A DNA stretch of 64,000 nt from Candidatus Staskawiczbacteria bacterium (lineage in GTDB: Bacteria > Patescibacteriota > Minisyncoccia > Minisyncoccales > Staskawiczbacteraceae), in NCBI GenBank assembly GCA_963778905.1, contig CAVZWH010000014.1, positions 1,254 to 65,253 on the forward strand. Direction: 5' to 3'. This document shows positions 11,033 to 18,139 of the stretch, one piece after another. A program made the position numbers and the translations under genes. Below the pieces are notes generated by a model. That model worked only from the letters and a program-made list of their open reading frames with translations. It did not search any database and had not been told where the DNA came from. The first letter of the stretch is position 1, and every line of letters starts with the position of its first letter.

Positions 11033-11323
11033 CTATTCTATAATTGCTAATATGTCGCTTTCTGTGGCGATTAAATATTCTTTGTTATCAATTTTTATTT
11101 CATTCGGCCCGTATTTTGTAAACAAAACTTTGTCGCCGGGTTTCACTGACATCATCATTATTTTTCCATCTTCTGTTTTTTTGCCGGGGCCTACGGCAAT
11201 AACTTTTCCTTCTTCTGATTTTTCTTTTGAAGCCGTGTCAGGCAAAAAAATTCCGGCTTTTGTTTTTTCTTCTTCCTTTATCGGCTCAATTAAAATATGA
11301 TCTGATAATGGTTTGATTGTCAT
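11033..11323 (-). CDS. groS: co-chaperonin GroES
   Basis: 96 aa, canonical (IKPLSDHILIEP..., AGIFLPDTA, GKVIAVGPG). Confidence 0.96.
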   Translation of the reverse strand: MTIKPLSDHILIEPIKEEEKTKAGIFLPDTASKEKSEEGKVIAVGPGKKTEDGKIMMMSVKPGDKVLFTKYGPNEIKIDNKEYLIATESDILAIIE

Positions 11324-11340
11324 CTTTTTTTATTTAATTA

Positions 11341-12106
11341 GGCTCTAGACTAGCAGTCTGTCATGGTATAATGACAAAATGTTAGTAAATAGTCTCAAAA
11401 ACTCTAAATTATCGACATTTAAAATTAAAAAAATTATTGAACACTTTTGTTTGGATATTAACGCCTCCAAAGCAGCTCCTCTGGTGGGCGTAAATCGCAA
11501 CACGATAAATTACTGGTACAACAGATTTCGTGTGGCAATTTATGCTCATCAGCACAAAGAATTTGAAAAGATTTTCGGAGAAGCGGAAGTGGACGAATTA
11601 TATTTCGGAGCAAGACGCAAACGCGGATTCCATGGCAAGCTGAAACGCGGACGAGGCACGCAGAAGCAACCGGTGTTCGGAATACTGAAACGCAACGGAC
11701 ATGTTTACACAGAAATCGTCCCTAACTGCAAAAAAGACATTCTGCAAAGCATTATCAGAGGGAAAGTAGATAAATCAGCAGTAATTTATTCGGACAGCTG
11801 GCGTAGCTATGACGGACTTGTTGATGTAGGATACGACAAACATTTCAGGGTTAATCACGGAGACAATGAATTTGCAAGGAAAGGTACAGGTATTCACATC
11901 AACGGCATTGAAAATTTCTGGAGCTTCACCAAACGTCGACTGGCTAAATTTAATGGTGTAAAAAAGAATTTCGAACTGCATCTTAAAGAGTTCAGAGTGG
12001 CGCTACGGAAAAACAAATGATACAATGAAAAAAGAATTGTGGAAAATTATTAAAAAATATTATTAAATTAATCGGCTACTTTGACTAGTCTTGCTAGTCT
12101 AGAGCC
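11341..12106 (+). mobile_element. IS1595-family insertion sequence (766 bp)
   Basis: Terminal inverted repeats GGCTCTAGACTAGCA (11341-11355) and TGCTAGTCTAGAGCC (12092-12106). TTAATTA lies on both flanks (11334-11340 and 12107-12113). Single DDE transposase ORF. Confidence 0.8.
11379..12020 (+). CDS. IS1595 (ISXO2-like DDE) transposase, C-terminus apparently frameshifted
   Basis: 213 aa with candidate DDE residues in EVDELYFG, IYSDSWRSY and NGIENFWS. An extended -10 (TGGTATAAT, 11364-11372) ends 6 nt before the ATG. See the finding on the 3' frameshift. Confidence 0.8.
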   Translation: MLVNSLKNSKLSTFKIKKIIEHFCLDINASKAAPLVGVNRNTINYWYNRFRVAIYAHQHKEFEKIFGEAEVDELYFGARRKRGFHGKLKRGRGTQKQPVFGILKRNGHVYTEIVPNCKKDILQSIIRGKVDKSAVIYSDSWRSYDGLVDVGYDKHFRVNHGDNEFARKGTGIHINGIENFWSFTKRRLAKFNGVKKNFELHLKEFRVALRKNK

Positions 12107-12142
12107 TTAATTAATATAATGTAATTTAGAAAATTTTGAAAC

Positions 12143-14935
12143 TTATGTCAAGTTTTTAAGATATTTTCCCGTGTAGCTGTTTTTAATTTTTGCGATGTCA
12201 GCTGGCGTGCCTTCTGCCACAATGTTTCCGCCCGCATCGCCGCCTTCGGGGCCCAAATCAATTAACCAATCAGAATTTTTTATCAAATCCAAATTGTGCT
12301 CAATCACCAAAACAGTATTTCCTTTTTCAACCAATCCCGCCAAAACAGAAATTAACTTTTTTATGTCGTCAAAGTGCAAACCGGTTGTCGGTTCGTCTAA
12401 AATATATAAAGTTCTGCCGGTTCCTTTTCTGGAAAGTTCTGTTGCCAATTTTACTCTCTGCGCTTCTCCGCCAGACAAAGATGTGGCCGATTGCCCAAGC
12501 GAAACATAAGACAAGCCAACTTCTTTCAAGGTTTTCATTTTTTCATAGAGGCCCGGAATATTTTTGAAAAATTCCATTGCTTCTTCAACTGTCATTTCCA
12601 AAACCTCGGCAATGTTTTTGTCTTTGTAAGCAATTTCTAAAACTTCTTTGCTGTATCTTTTGCCATGGCATTCCTCGCATTCAACATAAATGTCGGGCAA
12701 AAAATACATTTCAACTTTTTTCTGACCCTGGCCTTCGCAAGCCTCGCATCTGCCGCCTTTTACGTTAAAACTAAATCTGCCAGCTGAATATCCGCGGACT
12801 CTTGCCTCTTTTGTTTTGGTAAAAATATCTCTTATATATGAAAATGCTCCGGTATATGTTGCCGGGTTTGACCTTGGAGTTCTGCCAATCGGCGACTGGT
12901 CAACTAAAACAACTTTATTTAAATTTTCAATTCCCAAAATTTCTTTATGTTTTCCCGGCTCATCTTTTGCCCTGTAAAATTTTCTTAACAATGACTTTGC
13001 TAAAATATCATTTACCAAAGACGATTTTCCGGAACCGGAAACTCCGGTCACGCAAACAAATTTTCCTAAAGGAATTTTTACGTCAATATTTTTTAAGTTA
13101 TGTTCTTCTGCTCCTTTTATGACCAAAAATTTGGCAACGTCGGACGTAGCCTTTTTTATTTTTGGTTTATCAATTTCAACTTTTTTTCTGCCAGATAAAT
13201 AGTCGCCTGTAAGCGTATGAGCTTTCAATATTTCTTTGTACATTCCTTCAAAAACAACTTTTCCTCCGTGCTTTCCAGCTCCCGGCCCAATATCCACAAT
13301 CCAGTCAGATGCCCTCATTGTCTGAGGATCATGTTCTACGACAACAACAGTATTTCCCAATTCTTTTAATTTTATTAATGTGTCTATTAATTTATGCTGG
13401 TCTCTGGCATGCAAGCCGATTGACGGCTCGTCTAAAATATATAAAACTCCTGACAATTTTGAACCAATTTGAGTTGCCAATCTTATTCTTTGCTCTTCTC
13501 CGCCGGCCAAAGTTCCGGCTTTTCTGGACAAAGTCAAATAAGAAAGACCAACGTCATTCAAAAATTGCGTGCGGTCAATTATTTCTTTTGTAATCGGCTG
13601 ACTAACTTTTGTTTCGCCGGCATTTAGTTTTGCAGGAAGTTTTTCAAAAAATTCTTTTACTTTATCAACGGGAAAATCAACAATTTTATCAATAGATAAA
13701 TCAGCAACAGTCACTGCCAAAACTTCCTGCTTTAATCTTTTGCCTTGACACTTCGGACAAATTTTGATTACCATATATTGCTCAATTTCCTGGCGGGTCC
13801 AATCAGAATCTGTTTCATGATATCTTCTTTCCAAATTTGGAATCACTCCCTGAAATTCGCCGTCTCCGTGCAAAATAATATCCACAATTTTCTTGGGTAA
13901 ATCTTTTACTTCTTCATCCAAAGAAAAATTATATTTTGCCGCCAAGCCGGAAAGAATTGAGTAATAATATCCCTGCCTGCCAACTTTATGGGAAGCCCGC
14001 GACCACGGCCAGATAGCTCCTTCGGCAATTGTCAATCTTTTATTTGGAATTACTAATTCCGGATCAACTTCCAATTTTTCGCCAAGACCTGTGCATTCAG
14101 GGCAAGCTCCATAAGGATTGTTAAAAGAAAATAATCTTGGCTCTAATTCTGGCAAGGAAATTCCGCAATCTTCGCAGGCAAAATGCTCTGAAAAAATTAA
14201 GTCTTCTTTTTTAGAATTTACAATCACAATTCCTTTACCGAGGCGAAGAGCAATTTCCAAAGAGTCAACTAATCTTGACCTGTCCAAGTCTTTATCTAAA
14301 ACTAACCTGTCGGCGACAACTTCTATGTCGTGCTTTTTTTGTTTATCTATTGGCTTTTCCAGAGATTCTTCAACCGGAAAAATCGTCCCATCAATTCTCA
14401 CGCGGACAAATCCTCCTCTTTGAATTTCTTCCAATACTCCATAGTGCTCTCCTTTTTTGCTTCTGATAACCGGCCCTAAAATTGTAATTTCAGATTTTTT
14501 GGGTAATTTCAAAACTTGGTCAACAATCTGATCAACTGTCTGCCGCGAAATTAACTTTCCGCAATTTGGGCAGTGTGGTTTTCCAATTCTTGCATACAAA
14601 AGGCGCAGATAATCATAAATTTCTGTGATTGTGCCAACTGTTGAGCGCGGGTTATGGGTTGATTTTCTCTGGTCAATGGAAATTGCCGGCGAAATTCCTT
14701 CAATTTTATCAACATCCGGCTTATCCATAACTCCCAAAAACTGCCTGGCATAAGCTGACAAACTTTCAACATATCTTCTCTGGCCTTCGGCATACAAAGT
14801 ATCAAAAGCTAAAGAAGACTTTCCAGACCCAGAAAGCCCGGTAATTACAATCAATTTATTCTTCGGCAAATCTAAATCTATATTTTTTAGATTGTGAACT
14901 CTTGCGCCTCTAATTTTTATATATTCATTTTGCAT
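12143..14935 (-). CDS. uvrA: excinuclease ABC subunit A
   Basis: 930 aa; two ABC modules ([27 protein letters not shown]), zinc-finger cysteines and canonical UvrA N-terminus ([14 protein letters not shown]). Confidence 0.98.
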   Translation of the reverse strand: MQNEYIKIRGARVHNLKNIDLDLPKNKLIVITGLSGSGKSSLAFDTLYAEGQRRYVESLSAYARQFLGVMDKPDVDKIEGISPAISIDQRKSTHNPRSTVGTITEIYDYLRLLYARIGKPHCPNCGKLISRQTVDQIVDQVLKLPKKSEITILGPVIRSKKGEHYGVLEEIQRGGFVRVRIDGTIFPVEESLEKPIDKQKKHDIEVVADRLVLDKDLDRSRLVDSLEIALRLGKGIVIVNSKKEDLIFSEHFACEDCGISLPELEPRLFSFNNPYGACPECTGLGEKLEVDPELVIPNKRLTIAEGAIWPWSRASHKVGRQGYYYSILSGLAAKYNFSLDEEVKDLPKKIVDIILHGDGEFQGVIPNLERRYHETDSDWTRQEIEQYMVIKICPKCQGKRLKQEVLAVTVADLSIDKIVDFPVDKVKEFFEKLPAKLNAGETKVSQPITKEIIDRTQFLNDVGLSYLTLSRKAGTLAGGEEQRIRLATQIGSKLSGVLYILDEPSIGLHARDQHKLIDTLIKLKELGNTVVVVEHDPQTMRASDWIVDIGPGAGKHGGKVVFEGMYKEILKAHTLTGDYLSGRKKVEIDKPKIKKATSDVAKFLVIKGAEEHNLKNIDVKIPLGKFVCVTGVSGSGKSSLVNDILAKSLLRKFYRAKDEPGKHKEILGIENLNKVVLVDQSPIGRTPRSNPATYTGAFSYIRDIFTKTKEARVRGYSAGRFSFNVKGGRCEACEGQGQKKVEMYFLPDIYVECEECHGKRYSKEVLEIAYKDKNIAEVLEMTVEEAMEFFKNIPGLYEKMKTLKEVGLSYVSLGQSATSLSGGEAQRVKLATELSRKGTGRTLYILDEPTTGLHFDDIKKLISVLAGLVEKGNTVLVIEHNLDLIKNSDWLIDLGPEGGDAGGNIVAEGTPADIAKIKNSYTGKYLKNLT

Positions 14936-15015
14936 TGCAAAAAGTTTAGTGGTTCATTATACAACTTTTTTATATCGGGCGCAATAGCCACGCACACATG
15001 CAAATCATAAAATTT

Positions 15016-16062
15016 TTAAGAAACGTTAATCCAAAATCTATTTTTGAAATAATGCTGAATTTTGTGTGTATTGGCATGGGACAGAAATCCAAGATATGAC
15101 TGCAACGATTGGAGAAGCGAATTTCTGGAAATAAGTCCTTGATTGTATTTTTTTATTCTTGATTCAAATTTTTTTATAATTCTCTTTTTTGTTTTTGTTC
15201 TGACCAATCTATGCTTTTGAAAAACTACATAGCCAAGAAAATCTATTCCTTGGCTCGTTTTTCGTATTTTTGTTTTCTCTTCGTGAATTTTTAACAAAAG
15301 ATTTTCTTCTAAGAAATCTATTATTTGCGGCACAAGATTTTCTAAATATTTTCTATTTTCCGAAAGTATCAAAAAATCGTCTGTATAGCGAAGATAATAT
15401 TTTACTTTTAGTTCTTGTTTTATAAATTTATCAAGCTCGTTTAGATAAATATTGGCAAAAAGCTGAGAAGTTAAGTTTCCAATAGGAACTCCTTTATTAA
15501 TGCCCAACACAGAATAACTTGACGAAAAGCTTGATATAATCTGCTCTAAAAGCCAAAGTGTATCATTCTCCTTTACTTTCTTTTTTAAGATTGTGAGCAG
15601 AACATTATGGTCTATTGTGTCAAAAAACTTTTTAATGTCGCACTTCAGAGAAAAGCATGAAACCTTATTATTTTTGCTTACTTTTCTTAATATGCTTTGC
15701 AAAAAATCCACTCCTTTATGAGTGCCGTAGCCCTCCCTGCAAGAAAAAGATGCGGAGATAAAGCCAGCTTCAAAGATGGGATTTAGAACCTGGAAAACAG
15801 CATGGTGCAAAATGCGGTCTAAAACTTGCGCCTTATGGATGTTTCTTGGCTTCGGGTCTGAAATATTAAAAGAAATGTAATTTGAATGTTTGTAGGTTTT
15901 GCTTTTTAGCTCTCTGTGCAGTTTAAATATATTTTCTTCAAGGTTCCATTCAAAAAGCTGAACATCTTTTTTGTTTCTTTTGCCGTTTTTAAATTTATCC
16001 CAGGCTAAAAATAGGTTCTCTGAAGAAGTAATCTCGCTAAATAGGTCTCTATAAATCTTCAT
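15016..16062 (-). CDS. DGR-type reverse transcriptase
   Basis: RT motifs including YTDDFLIL, plus the DGR-diagnostic IGNLTSQLFANIYL motif ([ILV]GxxxSQ). Start moved to Met19 (MKIYRDLF...), because the longer ORF would overlap the divergent avd start. Confidence 0.9.
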   Translation of the reverse strand: MKIYRDLFSEITSSENLFLAWDKFKNGKRNKKDVQLFEWNLEENIFKLHRELKSKTYKHSNYISFNISDPKPRNIHKAQVLDRILHHAVFQVLNPIFEAGFISASFSCREGYGTHKGVDFLQSILRKVSKNNKVSCFSLKCDIKKFFDTIDHNVLLTILKKKVKENDTLWLLEQIISSFSSSYSVLGINKGVPIGNLTSQLFANIYLNELDKFIKQELKVKYYLRYTDDFLILSENRKYLENLVPQIIDFLEENLLLKIHEEKTKIRKTSQGIDFLGYVVFQKHRLVRTKTKKRIIKKFESRIKKYNQGLISRNSLLQSLQSYLGFLSHANTHKIQHYFKNRFWINVS

Positions 16063-16091
16063 AATAAAAAAATAACTAATTAATAAAAAAT

Positions 16092-16445
16092 ATGACAGAA
16101 GAATTTGATATACCAATATTTAAAAAAGTTTATGATTTGTATAAAACGTTTTATGCTTTCAGGACTACGGTTCCAAAACAAGAAAAATATACTGTCTGGC
16201 AAAAATCTGAAAATCTGATTTTGGAAATCTTGGAAGGGATATTATCGGCCAGCTATAAACATAAATTTGAGAAAACTCCCATATTAGAAAAAACTAGTCT
16301 AAAGCTTAATGTCCTCCGTGTTCTTATCAGGCTGATGAAAGATATTAAAGCAATCGATAATAAAAAGTATTCCTTGTTAGAGGAAAACATAGATGAAATT
16401 GGAAGGATGCTTGGCGGATGGCTGCGATCCACCGTCAGCAGATAG
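16092..16445 (+). CDS. avd: four-helix-bundle protein, Avd-like DGR accessory protein
   Basis: 117 aa, all-helical, ends ...EIGRMLGGWLRS as in Avd/23S-IVS four-helix-bundle proteins. Lies between TR and RT but on the opposite strand. Confidence 0.75.
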   Translation: MTEEFDIPIFKKVYDLYKTFYAFRTTVPKQEKYTVWQKSENLILEILEGILSASYKHKFEKTPILEKTSLKLNVLRVLIRLMKDIKAIDNKKYSLLEENIDEIGRMLGGWLRSTVSR

Positions 16446-16452
16446 ATTCAAT

Positions 16453-16490
16453 ATTACAAAAGGCATTCAAAAATGAATGCCTTTTGTAAT
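16453..16490. other. perfect 17-bp hairpin 13 nt downstream of the TR (minus-strand sense)
   Basis: ATTACAAAAGGCATTCA-AAAA-TGAATGCCTTTTGTAAT. No T-run on either strand, so it is not an obvious intrinsic terminator. It occupies the position of a DGR spacer RNA structure. Confidence 0.5.
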
Positions 16491-16502
16491 TGGTGAGGAG
16501 AG

Positions 16503-16650
16503 ACTTCGGGGCGAAGAACGACGAGGAGCCATAGTTGTCGTTGGCATTGTCGACATACTTCGTGTCGAACTTGACCTTGCCGTCGTTGAAGTTGAAGTAC
16601 GGAGCGTGGTCAAACTGGCCCGAGCCATCATCGCAAAATTTGCCTTTATC
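16503..16650 (-). repeat. DGR template repeat (TR)
   Basis: Ungapped alignment to 17070-17217 at offset 567. 27 of 28 mismatches fall where this copy has A on the minus strand. Confidence 0.9.
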
Positions 16651-16930
16651 CATCCTTGGGTTTGAAGTACTAATTAAAATTAGTACTTCAAACCCTTACA
16701 CTGGATATAGAGGTTTACTTCTGCGTTAGCAAACTATATCCTCTCAATCCTGTATTTTATTCGACGGCATTTCTTAAAAAAGAAAACCCGCCACAGATAA
16801 GGCAAGCAGTATCTCCCCAAGACAACGCGCTCTTTGCATCCGTGAACGCAAAGACTCTGGTTGTTTTATGAAAAGAGAGTTCGGTGACAGTCATCCTTAA
16901 ACAACTGTTCATTAACCTAATCTCAAATCA

Positions 16931-16958
16931 AGTATACACAAAATATATTTTTTTGCAA
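16931..16958 (-). promoter_or_regulatory. candidate sigma70 promoter for the TR-containing transcript
   Basis: On the minus strand: TTGCAA, 16 nt, TATACT. Overlaps the T-tract of the target-gene terminator. Confidence 0.3.
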
Positions 16959-16996
16959 AAAAAAGATGGCGTTGTCTGCAGAGCAAACAACGCCAT
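16957..16996 (-). terminator. rho-independent terminator of the DGR target gene
   Basis: On the minus strand: ATGGCGTTGT-(11 nt)-ACAACGCCAT followed by T8. Confidence 0.6.
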
Positions 16997-17067
16997 GTGC
17001 CGCGAACGAAAGGTTCAAGGAATAAGAATTCGAAAGAACCAAGCGTTCGAAGCTTGAGGAACAGGTT

Positions 17068-17979
17068 TTACTGCGGGGCGAAGAACGACGAGGAGCCATA
17101 GCGGTCGTAGGCAATGCCGACATACCCCGTGCCGAACCCGACCTCGCCGACGCGGAAGAAGAAGCACGGAGCGCGGCCAAACCGGCCCGAGCCATCATCG
17201 CAAAACTCGTCGCCAGCGCAATCGATGTCCAGCTCTTCCCAGCGAACGAGTCGCTCGGGATGAGTCAGGATAATGGAACCGACTGCGAGACTGGTGAGGC
17301 CGAACTCGTTGGTCTTAAAGACCTCGCGAGCCCGACGTACCGAACGTCCGCGGTGGCGCATGCCGAGCTGACCAGCGATGATCAGGATGTCGCCCTTTTG
17401 CGTTTGGGTGATCTGATTGATCATCTGTGCCGTGCGAGTGTGAACTCGCAGGTGAGCCGTGTCGATCTGGCCTTGGCGGTAGTTGTAGAACGACCGCGAA
17501 CCAGCGACCTTCTCGTGAACCAGTTGGACAGCGCGGCAGTACTTCTCGGTCGGGTCTTTGACCTCCGGGAAAAACCTGGAAGCCAAAGCATCAACCGACG
17601 GAATGGCGAACCATCCTTCGGCGCCTTCAGGAAGTTCGGGAAGATTTTTCGCGAACTCAAGGGCTTGACTCGGGTCGAGGTTGAAGATCGCGGCAAGTGC
17701 CTTGATCTGCGCCTCGATCTGCTTGGGCCCCTTGTACTCCTTGGGGTACGTGTAGCTGGAACAAACTTCTTCGTTCTTGAACCTGTCGGTGAGACAATTC
17801 TCGGCGATGAAGCTGCTTACCAGATCGGAAAGACCCGGAGCTTCGTTAACTCGCTGAGATTCCTCCTCGGACAGTCCGGCCTTGTTGTAGGCAGCCTCGA
17901 CAACCGAGATGAACTTGAGACCCTTTGGGTCCCGAGCTGTAACAATAGACGGAGCCAATGTCGTAGACATCGGAGCCAT
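17068..17979 (-). CDS. DGR variable (target) protein, family unknown
   Basis: 303 aa; GGAGAAAGG Shine-Dalgarno; the C-terminal roughly 49 codons are the VR. No signal peptide seen, no domain recognised by eye. GC is far above the window background. Confidence 0.85.
   Translation of the reverse strand: MAPMSTTLAPSIVTARDPKGLKFISVVEAAYNKAGLSEEESQRVNEAPGLSDLVSSFIAENCLTDRFKNEEVCSSYTYPKEYKGPKQIEAQIKALAAIFNLDPSQALEFAKNLPELPEGAEGWFAIPSVDALASRFFPEVKDPTEKYCRAVQLVHEKVAGSRSFYNYRQGQIDTAHLRVHTRTAQMINQITQTQKGDILIIAGQLGMRHRGRSVRRAREVFKTNEFGLTSLAVGSIILTHPERLVRWEELDIDCAGDEFCDDGSGRFGRAPCFFFRVGEVGFGTGYVGIAYDRYGSSSFFAPQ
17070..17217 (-). repeat. DGR variable repeat (VR)
   Basis: See the TR entry. This is the 3' end of the target ORF and abuts its stop codon. 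Confidence 0.9.
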
Positions 17980-18066
17980 CCTTTCTCCGCGTCAAACGCG
18001 GTTTAACAAAGTGCATGTTGCGAAAGCCTGCAACTGGGCAACCAAACACTCGTTTAGTATGAATAT

Positions 18067-18095
18067 ATTATATCAAATGGACACACTCTTGTCAA
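18067..18095 (-). promoter_or_regulatory. consensus sigma70 promoter upstream of the DGR target gene
   Basis: On the minus strand: TTGACA (18095-18090), 17 nt, TATAAT (18072-18067), about 85 nt upstream of the ATG at 17979. Confidence 0.6.
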
Positions 18096-18139
18096 TGATT
18101 TTGACTTGAAAAATTGCCAATTTATGTTAATCTAAAAAC

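Noticed and set aside
11324-11340. Search for a CIRCE/HrcA operator or heat-shock promoter upstream of groES.
   Set aside because: No TTAGCACTC-N9-GAGTGCTAA-like repeat is visible on either side of the IS. The absence is noted, but this is not evidence of a different regulator.
16435-16653. 72-aa ORF (MDKGKFCDDGSGQFDH...) covering the template repeat.
   Set aside because: It is simply the TR read in the frame of the VR. The AAGG lies directly against the ATG, leaving no spacing for a ribosome-binding site, and the ORF runs into the hairpin. It is better explained as non-coding DGR template RNA.
17260-18006. 248-aa + strand ORF, and the 16923..17198 and 17421..17696 minus-frame ORFs, in the DGR target region.
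   Set aside because: Long stop-free frames are expected by chance in a GC-rich block. The minus-strand 303-aa frame is the one that carries the VR, a Shine-Dalgarno sequence, a consensus promoter and a terminator.
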